Shown in pieces: positions 25,417-33,618 of a stretch of DNA of 33,618 nucleotides. Under the pieces are notes generated by a model that did not search any database, was not told the origin of the DNA, and saw only the letters and a list, made by a program, of their open reading frames with translations. The position numbers were made by a program, and so were the translations under genes. Each line of letters opens with the position of its first letter. Within the stretch, counting starts at the first letter, position 1. Source of the stretch: a virus (taxonomy: Duplodnaviria > Caudoviricetes); the IMG/VR virus record IMGVR_UViG_3300030098_000938, positions 1 through 33,618 of that record. One strand, written 5' to 3'.

Positions 25417-26400
25417 ATGGCAACATACAAAGAAATACGAGGAACACAAATTGAAATAGTAGCAAACGATCCATCAAATCCTGTTGAAGGACAAGTTTGG
25501 TATAATACAACTTCTAATGTTTTAAAAGGATTAGCAGCTACAACTGCAGGTTCATGGGCTACAACTAATAGTTTAAATCAACCAAGAGAAGCTTTAGCTG
25601 CTGCAGGATCAGCTCCTGCTAGTACAAGTTTAGTATACCTTGGTTTTAATAACCCTACAAAATATGCACAGACTGAATTATTTAATGGAACAAACTGGAC
25701 TGAATTAAATGATGCAAATACTGCAAGAGCAAATGCTGCTGGTTTTGGAATAAGTACAGCTGCAATAGCTGCTGGTGGTTATCTGGGTCCTCCTGGTTCT
25801 ACAGCAATAGTAGAATCATGGAATGGAACGAACTGGACTGAAGTAAATGATTTAAATCAACATAAATATACTTCAGGTGGAGCTGGAACTAGCACTGCAG
25901 GTTTAATTTTTGGTGGAGGTACAACACCTCCTTATGGAGTATTAGACGAAACTGAAACTTGGAATGGAACTAATTGGACTGAAGTTAACGATTTAAACAC
26001 AGCAAGAACTGGTATTGGTGGATGCGGTGCTACTAATACTGAGGCTTTAGCTTTTGGTGGTAGTGCTTCTCCATCGGCTCAAACGGAATCTTGGAATGGT
26101 ACTAACTGGACAGAAGTTAATGATTTAACTACTGGAAGACAGACTGTGGGTTCTGCTGGAATTTATACAAGTGCTTTAGCTGCTGGTGGAAATACTGGAA
26201 CACCGTCAAATAAGACAGAAACTTGGAATGGAACTAACTGGACTGAAGAAGGAAATTTAAATACAGCAAGATATAATTTAGAGGGAGGGGGAACAACATC
26301 TTCGGCTGTTATGGCAGGTGGTGATACAGGATCTATTTCAGGAGCTTCAGAAGAATGGACAGGTGCAGGTCCTGTAACAAGAACATTTACAGACAGTTAA
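25417..26400 (+). CDS. Kelch-like single beta-propeller protein (6 blades), paralogue 3
   Basis: Same head (YKEIRGT...GQVWYN); 6 blades counted. Confidence 0.85.
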   Translation: MATYKEIRGTQIEIVANDPSNPVEGQVWYNTTSNVLKGLAATTAGSWATTNSLNQPREALAAAGSAPASTSLVYLGFNNPTKYAQTELFNGTNWTELNDANTARANAAGFGISTAAIAAGGYLGPPGSTAIVESWNGTNWTEVNDLNQHKYTSGGAGTSTAGLIFGGGTTPPYGVLDETETWNGTNWTEVNDLNTARTGIGGCGATNTEALAFGGSASPSAQTESWNGTNWTEVNDLTTGRQTVGSAGIYTSALAAGGNTGTPSNKTETWNGTNWTEEGNLNTARYNLEGGGTTSSAVMAGGDTGSISGASEEWTGAGPVTRTFTDS

Positions 26401-26403
26401 GAC

Positions 26404-26433
26404 TTGTAATATATTTTAAATAGTATATATAAG
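26404..26433 (+). promoter_or_regulatory. Putative promoter for the enzyme cassette
   Basis: TTGTAA (26404-09) with TATATA/TATAAG at 16-18 nt spacing in the 56-nt gap after the propeller genes. The region is AT-rich, so specificity is low. Confidence 0.4.
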
Positions 26434-26456
26434 AAACAACTATAAAGGATAAAGCT

Positions 26457-27134
26457 ATGAAAAAAGACGTTAAAGAAGTAATACAACAAGAAGAACCACA
26501 TTTAAATAATCTATTAACACAAGAAGACCTATCATCATTTAAAGGTATGGTAGACGAGCTTCGTGATACATGGACTAAAAAACAAATGTTTCGAACAGAA
26601 ACAGAAGCAAGATTTTCTGTATTACAAGATAATAGATACCCAACCAAAGCTGCAAAATATTGGCAATGTGTAAGAGAACAATCTAGTTATTTAGATAACC
26701 TTATGGCTTTGTCATTTGATTATAGAAGAAACGAAGCAAAAATTAAATGGTTAGAAGGTAAAATAGAAAAAGAAGAAGATGAATATAAAGCAACTAAATA
26801 TAAAATAGATTTAGATGAATGTAGATTTGGTAAAGCATCTATGGAAAAAGTTGCAAAGCATAGGATGCGTGAAATTAAGATGTGGTCTAAATTAAAGAAA
26901 GAATTTAACGATGGATCGTTTAATGATAAAGATGTTAACGTTCACCAATTAGAATCTTATGGTTTACAATATCATGAGAAAGCTAAAACATTAAATGCAA
27001 ACTCAAGTGAGGCAGAAGTATTTAATGTAATGGGTCAATTACAATCACTACAAAGAATTAGAAAGTCAGGTGAACTAGAACAAAGTTACGAAAAGAAAGA
27101 ACAGATTACGCAACATGGGAAACCAAAATCGTAA
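26457..27134 (+). CDS. Coiled-coil hypothetical protein, 225 aa
   Basis: AAAGGA RBS; charged helical sequence (YPTKAAKYWQCVREQ). Confidence 0.8.
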   Translation: MKKDVKEVIQQEEPHLNNLLTQEDLSSFKGMVDELRDTWTKKQMFRTETEARFSVLQDNRYPTKAAKYWQCVREQSSYLDNLMALSFDYRRNEAKIKWLEGKIEKEEDEYKATKYKIDLDECRFGKASMEKVAKHRMREIKMWSKLKKEFNDGSFNDKDVNVHQLESYGLQYHEKAKTLNANSSEAEVFNVMGQLQSLQRIRKSGELEQSYEKKEQITQHGKPKS

Positions 27135-27906
27135 GTTATTTTTTTTAATTGCATTACCTAGATCTGGAAATACTTTATTTGCAAGTATTATGAATCAGAA
27201 CCCTGAAATAGCCACAACAGCTAATTCTGTAACTTTAGAAATAATGAAAAATATTTATGCAATAAAGACAATAGATACTTTTCAAAACTTTCCTGATCAC
27301 AAGTCTTTAGATAATGTTTTAGATAATGTGTATAATTTATATTACAAAGATTGGCCTCAAAGAATAATTATAGACCGTGGACCTGTACTAACGAGTGGCA
27401 CTCCTGGAAACTTTGAACTAATAAAAAAACATTTTAAATATGAATTTAAATGTATTATTTTATTAAGAGATTTAATGGACGTGTTTGCAAGTTATATGCA
27501 ATGGTATACAGAAAACCCAGATTCTTTTGTAAATAAATTAGGAAAAAATGATGAAGAAAAATTATTAGCTTTAATGAATACAGACGGTGCTATCGTAAAA
27601 GAAATTAAATCTATTCAAACTGCATATAAATATCCTCAAATATGTCATTTTGTAAAATATAATGATATAGTTGCAAACCCTGAACAAGAGTTTAGAAAAA
27701 TATATAAATTTATAGATGAACCTTATTTTAACCATCGTTTTGATAATTTAGACCAAGTAAAAATAAATGGTTTATGTTATGATGATAAAGTAGTTGGAAA
27801 AAATATGCATAAACTGTTTGCTGGGCCAGTTAGAAAAGTATATAATCCGTATATAGAAAAAATTCCAGAAAGGATAAAAAAAGAATATGGACATATCCGA
27901 TTTTAA
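27115..27906 (+). CDS. Sulfotransferase family protein
   Basis: 5'-PSB-like loop LPRSGNTLFASIMNQNP, 3'-PB-like LLRDLMDVFASY, and VKYNDIVANP motif. Confidence 0.85.
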   Translation: MGNQNRKLFFLIALPRSGNTLFASIMNQNPEIATTANSVTLEIMKNIYAIKTIDTFQNFPDHKSLDNVLDNVYNLYYKDWPQRIIIDRGPVLTSGTPGNFELIKKHFKYEFKCIILLRDLMDVFASYMQWYTENPDSFVNKLGKNDEEKLLALMNTDGAIVKEIKSIQTAYKYPQICHFVKYNDIVANPEQEFRKIYKFIDEPYFNHRFDNLDQVKINGLCYDDKVVGKNMHKLFAGPVRKVYNPYIEKIPERIKKEYGHIRF

Positions 27907-28552
27907 ATTTGATTTTGTATTTTTAGGTCAATCTGTTTTAAAGTATCAAGTACCGCTAGATATATTTAATTCTATTAACCATATTTATGAAACTAATTTT
28001 CACAACCTTGCACCAGCTAATGGTCAGTTAGTAGGTAAAATTGAAAATGAACATTCATTGTTTTATCATGGGGCTGACCAAACTAAAATGAAAAATCATA
28101 ATAGATTACCAAGGGATGTAACAAATTATTTTATGGAAATGTTTAAACATTACTTAACATTTAATAAAATAAAAGATTATGAGTTACATCTTAACTCTAT
28201 TTGGGTTAATGAAATGAAACAACATGAATATAATCCAACGCATGTACATAGAGGTATGTTATTTACTGGTCTATCAAGTGTAATGATTTTAAAATTACCT
28301 TCTACTTTTGGTAAAGAGTATTCAGCAGGACAGGTTCAACAGAATGGTAGACTACAAATATTAGGTGCAGCTAACGGACAGTTTGCTAAAATAGATTATC
28401 AACCACCCATGGACCTTAGAGATTTTTATATATTTCCCTATGATATGAGACACTGCGTTTATCCTTTTAATGGAACAAATGAAACAAGAAGAACACTAGC
28501 TGCAAATTGTGATGTACAATTTGACCCTATACAAAATAGAGGTATAGCATAA
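27887..28552 (+). CDS. 2OG-Fe(II) oxygenase-like protein (HxH type)
   Basis: IWVN...YNPTHVH...LSSVMILK...IFPYDMRHCVYPF...RRTLAAN. Confidence 0.8.
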   Translation: MDISDFKFDFVFLGQSVLKYQVPLDIFNSINHIYETNFHNLAPANGQLVGKIENEHSLFYHGADQTKMKNHNRLPRDVTNYFMEMFKHYLTFNKIKDYELHLNSIWVNEMKQHEYNPTHVHRGMLFTGLSSVMILKLPSTFGKEYSAGQVQQNGRLQILGAANGQFAKIDYQPPMDLRDFYIFPYDMRHCVYPFNGTNETRRTLAANCDVQFDPIQNRGIA

Positions 28553-29130
28553 TGGATAAACAATACCACATAGATAATCACATAGGTGTATTTAAAAATT
28601 TTATGCCAAATAAATTAATAGATGATTATGTAAATTATTTTAAAAAGTGTGAACAACAAGGTGCAGTATATCCAAGAAATGAAGATGAAGCGTTAGTATC
28701 AGATAATGCAATAAGCACTATAAGCAATACAAACGTTTCTTTAACATACGTTAATAAACCTTTTATAGAAGGATTTTTTAAAGAAGTTTATCCTTTGTAT
28801 GTACAAAAATATTCATACTTAAAACAATTAGCTAAACATCATATATTAGAAGTTAAAATACAAAAAACTAAAGTAGGAGAAGGTTATCACACTTGGCACT
28901 GTGAAAACGCTGCAATGAAAGCTAGAAATAGAATATTAGCTTTTATGGTTTATCTTAATGATGTAACTGAAGGTGGAGAGACAGAATTTTTATATCAAAA
29001 ATGTAGGTTTAAACCTGAGAAGAATACACTATTAGTTTGGCCTTCACAATTTACACATGTTCATAGAGGTAACCCTCCTCTATCAAATGATAAGTATATA
29101 ATAACAGGATGGATAGAATACGGATATTAA
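28552..29130 (+). CDS. 2OG-Fe(II) oxygenase, prolyl-4-hydroxylase-like (HxE)
   Basis: YHTWHCE...MVYLNDVTEGGETEF...WPSQFTHVHRGNPP...KYIITGW. Confidence 0.88.
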   Translation: MDKQYHIDNHIGVFKNFMPNKLIDDYVNYFKKCEQQGAVYPRNEDEALVSDNAISTISNTNVSLTYVNKPFIEGFFKEVYPLYVQKYSYLKQLAKHHILEVKIQKTKVGEGYHTWHCENAAMKARNRILAFMVYLNDVTEGGETEFLYQKCRFKPEKNTLLVWPSQFTHVHRGNPPLSNDKYIITGWIEYGY

Positions 29131-29131
29131 T

Positions 29132-29716
29132 ATGATAACAGAACCACGATGGAAATCTTACATAGTAGAAACTACACAACCAATCTTTACACCTAAACAA
29201 TGTCAAATGATTATTGAAGCAGGTAGAAGCGAACCTAAACAAAATGCTTATGTTGGAAATCACAAAGGTATTAAAGGTGGTGAATTAAATACTAAAACTA
29301 GAACCTCACATATTAGTTGGATACCATTTAAAAAAATGGCTGACATGTATAAAGACATTGAACGTATAATGAAAACTACAAATGGTAATCATTTTGGTTT
29401 TGACGGAATGACTATAACTGAAATGGCACAATATACAGAGTATCCAGAAGGTGGGTTTTATGAATGGCATGTAGACAATGATGTAAACTGTGCACACGAA
29501 CCACCTGTAAGAAAAATATCTATGACTTGTTTATTATCTCCTGAATCAGAGTTTGAAGGTGGTGATTTAGAATTAGGATCAGAAGGTAAAGTTGCTAAAA
29601 TAAAACAAGGACATGCTATTTTCTTTGCATCATTTATTAGACATAGAGTTAAACCTGTAATACGTGGTAACAGAAAATCTTTAGTAATGTGGTTTGGAGG
29701 TCCTCCGTTTAAATGA
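29132..29716 (+). CDS. 2OG-Fe(II) oxygenase, PKHD/prolyl-hydroxylase-like (HxD)
   Basis: FYEWHVD...RKISMT...FEGGDL...HRVKPV...RKSLVMW. Confidence 0.9.
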   Translation: MITEPRWKSYIVETTQPIFTPKQCQMIIEAGRSEPKQNAYVGNHKGIKGGELNTKTRTSHISWIPFKKMADMYKDIERIMKTTNGNHFGFDGMTITEMAQYTEYPEGGFYEWHVDNDVNCAHEPPVRKISMTCLLSPESEFEGGDLELGSEGKVAKIKQGHAIFFASFIRHRVKPVIRGNRKSLVMWFGGPPFK

Positions 29717-30300
29717 TGATTAAAGCTGCATACTTCCCAACAATTATATATGCTAAAGATGTTAACCTAGATAACAGGTTTTTTGAAAAAGCCGTAATTG
29801 ATTGGTCAAATAGAGACAAAGGAATTAAACGAACTAATATGAAAGGTTGGCATAGCACAACCGAGATGCACAAGATACCTGTGTTTAAACCTTTAGTTGA
29901 TGAATTATTTAAAATGCAAAATGAAATATTTCAAGAAGAGTGGTTAGAAAGTGAACCTATTATTGGAAATATGTGGGCTAATATAAATCCACCGGGAGGG
30001 TATAATAGACCACACGTACATCCCAATAGTCATTTTAGTGGAGTATACTATATTAAGGCTCCTGAAAATTCTGGACAAATAGTATTTAATGAACCAAGAG
30101 CAACAGCACACATGGTTATGCCAAGAAGAAAAGAAGGTCAACCACCCTCACATTTGTGGCGAGAAGTTCGAGTAAACCCATTGGAAGGTAGAATAATTAT
30201 ATTCCCAGCTTGGTTGTGGCATTGTGTTGAACCTAATGAATCTAATGATATAAGGATATCTGTGAGTTTTAATTTTATACAAAAAGGATTTGATGTTTAA
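29713..30300 (+). CDS. 2OG-Fe(II) oxygenase-like protein (TIGR02466-like, HxH)
   Basis: WANINPPGGYNRPHVHPNSHFSGVYYIK...IFPAWLWHCVEPN...RISVSFN. Start is 29713 or 29716. Confidence 0.88.
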   Translation: MMIKAAYFPTIIYAKDVNLDNRFFEKAVIDWSNRDKGIKRTNMKGWHSTTEMHKIPVFKPLVDELFKMQNEIFQEEWLESEPIIGNMWANINPPGGYNRPHVHPNSHFSGVYYIKAPENSGQIVFNEPRATAHMVMPRRKEGQPPSHLWREVRVNPLEGRIIIFPAWLWHCVEPNESNDIRISVSFNFIQKGFDV

Positions 30301-30790
30301 AAATTTAATTCATTGTTTTTCAATAGAAGAAGATATTAAAAACTTTAAAGAAAATTTAATTAAAGAATGTATAGATCAAAGAAAAAAAGAAGATGGTGGA
30401 CTTAATTTTAAAGTACAAACAAAATACATAGATATTCTTTATAAAATATTTATTGATTGTGCTAAAAAAATATTAAAACCTTTTACTATAAAAGATAAAA
30501 ATTTTAAAGTATGGTGTTACATGACTGATAGTAAGTACAATAAAAATGGTTGGCATAATCATAAAAAATCTGCTACTATAAATTCTGTTATATATTTACA
30601 GATTCAAGATAAAGGCATAAGTTTTAAACAAAATAATCAACAAATATATTTTAAACCTGATAATGGAGATATGTTAATTTTTCCATCTTCTTTAGATCAT
30701 AATCCAGAACCATCAATAAATGATAAAAGAATTAGTTTAAATTTAGAATTATTGTGTAATGAAAGTGAACAGGAAATTTTTAATGTTTAG
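30293..30790 (+). CDS. Divergent, very AT-rich 2OG-Fe(II) oxygenase-like protein (HxH)
   Basis: GWHNH...INSVIYL...MLIFPSSLDHNPEP...RISLNLE. ATG at 30293. Confidence 0.8.
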   Translation: MFKNLIHCFSIEEDIKNFKENLIKECIDQRKKEDGGLNFKVQTKYIDILYKIFIDCAKKILKPFTIKDKNFKVWCYMTDSKYNKNGWHNHKKSATINSVIYLQIQDKGISFKQNNQQIYFKPDNGDMLIFPSSLDHNPEPSINDKRISLNLELLCNESEQEIFNV

Positions 30791-31433
30791 AGACTACAAA
30801 TACCAAGTAATTAAGAAAGCATTATCTTATGATATAGCTAATTTTATATTAAATTATTTTTTACTTAAAAGAGATGCAACAAGATTTATGTATGAAAATA
30901 ATATACACTCACAGTCCCCAATACTTGGAACATGGGCCGATCAACAGGTGCCTAATACATATTCTTGTTATGCAGATTTTGTAATGGAAACTCTTATGGT
31001 TAAAATGCTTCCTGTAATGAAGCAACACACAGGTTTAGATTTAATACCTACTTATTCTTATGCTAGAGCTTATAAAAAAGGGGATATTTTAAGAAGACAT
31101 AAAGACCGACCTAGTTGCGAAATCTCAACTACCCTTAATTTAGGGGGTGATCCGTGGCCTATATTTATAGATGGCACAGGTCAAGATAATGTTATAGATG
31201 AGTATAAAAATATACATAAACCTAACGCTCCCAAAGGCACTAAAGTCCTACTTGATGTTGGCGATATGCTAGTATATAGTGGATGTGAATTAGAGCATTG
31301 GAGAGAACCGTTTGAAGGTAATACTTGCGGACAAGTATTTCTTCATTATAACCATGTAAATGGTCCTTTTGCTGAAAAAAATAGGTTCGACAAAAGGCCG
31401 ATGTTAGGACTTCCTTCATTTGTGAAGTCATAA
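30783..31433 (+). CDS. 2OG-Fe(II) oxygenase-like protein (HxD)
   Basis: YARAYKKGDILRRHKDRPSCEIS...GDMLVYSGCELEHWREPF...QVFLHY. ATG at 30783 preferred to GTG at 30759. Confidence 0.82.
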   Translation: MFRDYKYQVIKKALSYDIANFILNYFLLKRDATRFMYENNIHSQSPILGTWADQQVPNTYSCYADFVMETLMVKMLPVMKQHTGLDLIPTYSYARAYKKGDILRRHKDRPSCEISTTLNLGGDPWPIFIDGTGQDNVIDEYKNIHKPNAPKGTKVLLDVGDMLVYSGCELEHWREPFEGNTCGQVFLHYNHVNGPFAEKNRFDKRPMLGLPSFVKS

Positions 31434-31447
31434 TATTATGGAGTTAT

Positions 31448-33618
31448 ATGCTACAAAAATTAGGTTTTTTACCAGGATTCAACAAACAGGTTACAGAAAC
31501 CGGGGCTGAAGGCCAATGGTTTGATGGTGACAATGTTAGATTTAGATACGGCACCCCAGAAAAAATAGGTGGTTGGACTCAGTTAGGTGATGATAAATTA
31601 ACTGGTGCAGCTAGAGCTATTCATCATTGGGACGATAACGCTGGTATTAAATACGCTGCTATAGGAACTAATAGAATTTTATACGTTTATTCAGGAGGAG
31701 TGTATTATGACATTCATCCAATTAGAACTACTTTAACAGGAGCAAAATTTTCTAGTTCTTCTTCATCAACAACAGTTACGGTTACATGCACAGGTAGTCA
31801 TGGTTTAGCTGAAAACGATATTGTTATGTTTGATTCTGTTAGTGGAGTGCCTGCTGGGTCAACTTATAGTGATGCTACTTTTGAAGACCAAAAATTTATG
31901 GTAACTTCTGTTCCTACTACAACTACTTTTGAAATTACAATGGCGACTCAGGAATCAGGGACCCCATTAACTACGAGTGATGGTAACAGCACTTCTGTTT
32001 TATGTTATTATACAGTAGGGCCTTCACAACAATTAGGTGGTTATGGTTGGGGTACAGGATTATTTGGTGGTACGGCTTTAGGAGCTGCTACTACAACTTT
32101 AGCTTCGGGTATTAATGACGCTGTAACAGATATTCCTTTAACTAACTCAGCAGCTTTTCCATCTTCAGGAGAAATTAGAATAGGAACAGAAGATATAAGT
32201 TTTACATCTAACGATACTTCTACAAACATTTTAAGTGGAGGAGCAAGAGAAGTTAATGGCACAACTAAAGCATCACATAGTGGTGGTGACACTGTAACCA
32301 ACATATCTGAATATGTTGCATGGGGTGACCCGTCTTCTGCTGACTTTACTATTGACCCTGGTCTATGGGTTCTTGATAACTACGGTACAAAATTAATTGC
32401 ACTTATATATAATGGCGCTTGTTTTGAATGGGACGCTGCAGCTGGTGCGGCTGTTTCTACTAGAGCCACTATACTGGCTAATGCACCTACAAAATCTAGA
32501 CACGTTCTAGTTTCTACACCAGATAGACACTTAGTATTTTTTGGTACAGAGACAACAGTTGGAACAGAAACTACACAGGATGATATGTTTATAAGATTTT
32601 CTTCTCAAGAAAGTATTGATCAAACAGATTCATATACCGTTAAAGCAAACAATACCGCAGGTACACAAAGACTTGCTGATGGTTCTAAAATTATGGGAGC
32701 TATTAAAGGTAGAGATGCAATCTATGTATGGACCGATACAGCATTGTTCCTTATGAAATTTGTTGGCCAACCTTTTACTTTCTCGTTTGAACAAATAGGA
32801 ACTAACTGTGGATTGTTAGGAAAAAATGCTTGTATTGAAGTTGATGGTACAGCTTATTGGATGTCTGAAAATGGATTCTTTGCATACGATGGTCAATTAA
32901 AATCACTGCCTTGTTTGGTAGAAGATCATGTATATGACGATCTAAACTCAACTTCTAGAGATCTTGTAAATTGTGGTTTAAATAACCTTTTTGGTGAGAT
33001 AAATTGGTTTTATTGCACATCAGCTTCTGATGCTATAAATAGAGTAGTGACCTATAATTACTTAGATTCTACCACAAAAAGACCGATATGGACTACAGGA
33101 ACGTTGCCTAGAGCAGCTTGGCAGGACTCAGCAGTATTTGCAAAACCTCACGCAACGTACTATAACCCAAATAGTAATGCATCTTACGATGTTACAGGAA
33201 ACACTGATGGTTGTACAACATACTATCAACAGGAAACAGGGACCGATCAAATAGATGCAGGCGGAACAGTAACAGCAATCATTGGATCAATTACTTCTGG
33301 TGATTTTGACATTACTCAAAGAAGGGCTAGTACAGGACAAGTTGTAGGTATGCCAGATCTTAGAGGAGACGGAGAATATATAATGAGAATAAGTAGATTT
33401 ATACCAGATTTTATTTCGCAAACGGGAAATACTCAAGTTAGTTTTACAACTAGAAATTATCCAAACAGCACGGGGACTACTACAAATTTTAGTATTGACG
33501 GAACTACTACTAAAAAAGATACAAGATTACGAGCAAGATCTATTGCATTAAAAGTTGCTAACACTGGAACTAGTGAAGATTGGAAACTAGGTACGTTTAG
33601 ATTAGACATACACCCGGG
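31448..33618 (+). CDS. Large tail/DNA-stabilisation protein (P22 gp10-like or nozzle-like), truncated by the window end
   Basis: Absent from the track because it has no stop in the window. GGAG RBS; hand translation begins MLQKLGFLPGFNKQVTETGAEGQWFDGDNVRFRYGTPEKIGGW and ends ...EDWKLGTFRLDIHP; more than 720 codons, beta-propeller-like. Family call from recall. Confidence 0.75.
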   Translation, partial: MLQKLGFLPGFNKQVTETGAEGQWFDGDNVRFRYGTPEKIGGWTQLGDDKLTGAARAIHHWDDNAGIKYAAIGTNRILYVYSGGVYYDIHPIRTTLTGAKFSSSSSSTTVTVTCTGSHGLAENDIVMFDSVSGVPAGSTYSDATFEDQKFMVTSVPTTTTFEITMATQESGTPLTTSDGNSTSVLCYYTVGPSQQLGGYGWGTGLFGGTALGAATTTLASGINDAVTDIPLTNSAAFPSSGEIRIGTEDISFTSNDTSTNILSGGAREVNGTTKASHSGGDTVTNISEYVAWGDPSSADFTIDPGLWVLDNYGTKLIALIYNGACFEWDAAAGAAVSTRATILANAPTKSRHVLVSTPDRHLVFFGTETTVGTETTQDDMFIRFSSQESIDQTDSYTVKANNTAGTQRLADGSKIMGAIKGRDAIYVWTDTALFLMKFVGQPFTFSFEQIGTNCGLLGKNACIEVDGTAYWMSENGFFAYDGQLKSLPCLVEDHVYDDLNSTSRDLVNCGLNNLFGEINWFYCTSASDAINRVVTYNYLDSTTKRPIWTTGTLPRAAWQDSAVFAKPHATYYNPNSNASYDVTGNTDGCTTYYQQETGTDQIDAGGTVTAIIGSITSGDFDITQRRASTGQVVGMPDLRGDGEYIMRISRFIPDFISQTGNTQVSFTTRNYPNSTGTTTNFSIDGTTTKKDTRLRARSIALKVANTGTSEDWKLGTFRLDIHP

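Larger units (their letters stand above)
21981..26246 (+). repeat. Dispersed coding DNA repeat TGGAATGGAACTAA(T/C)TGGACTGA and variants across the three propeller genes
   Basis: Exact T-variant at 21981, 22248, 25097, 25960; exact C-variant at 22683, 24416, 26224; many further near-matches. Confidence 0.9.

Noticed and set aside
21840-26250. Double N-x-T sequons (NGT, NWT) in most blades as evidence of N-glycosylation
   Set aside because: No glycosyltransferase or oligosaccharyltransferase is seen in the window, and Asn-Gly is the expected beta-turn in Kelch blades. It cannot be supported independently.
21700-26300. Regularly spaced ~40-bp DNA repeats with variable spacers, resembling a CRISPR array
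   Set aside because: The repeats are in-frame codons for WNGTNWTEVNDLNT within long ORFs, vary at third positions, have ~100-nt spacers, and no cas genes are present.
21438-26400. Diversity-generating retroelement acting on the propeller genes
   Set aside because: There is no reverse transcriptase, and I saw no template/variable repeat pair differing only at adenines.
2088-32304. All minus-strand ORFs in the track (for example 2781-3284, 17218-17772, 21701-22183, 32041-32304)
   Set aside because: They are antisense shadows of well-supported + strand genes, with no recognisable motifs and compositions explained by the sense codons.
1-33618. tRNA, rRNA, integrase, transposase or introns
   Set aside because: No cloverleaf or T-loop signature in the short intergenic gaps, no recombinase or transposase motifs, and the core genes are uninterrupted.

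Overview
This is a 33.6 kb AT-rich window (roughly one-third GC by eye) of a tailed dsDNA phage genome. Nearly all real genes are on the + strand, tightly packed, with many TAATG stop/start overlaps. Gene order: two small genes plus a partial ORF; a repeat-rich non-coding junction (576-863); terminase large subunit; two large non-canonical proteins; portal; a holin-like gene and a cluster of tiny Lys/Arg-rich proteins; GroES; scaffold; major capsid protein; head-completion and tail proteins; three Kelch-like beta-propeller paralogues; a separately promoted enzyme cassette (sulfotransferase plus six 2OG-Fe(II) oxygenases); and a truncated gp10-like tail/stabilisation protein. From recall, the gene content and the capsid N-terminus (MAISRNQLVKELEPGLNALFGLEY) resemble marine uvMED/pelagiphage-like podoviruses; no search was run. 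Best leads: (1) a possible virion-decoration system in which the hydroxylase/sulfotransferase cassette modifies the Pro- and Asn-rich propeller fibres next to it; (2) a 781-aa protein between terminase and portal with AP2-like, HNH-like and membrane segments, resembling a packaged polymorphic nuclease effector; (3) a recurring x-x-x-Gly-Gly motif across putative internal or basic core proteins; (4) two repeat pairs that share a 35-bp period upstream of terL.
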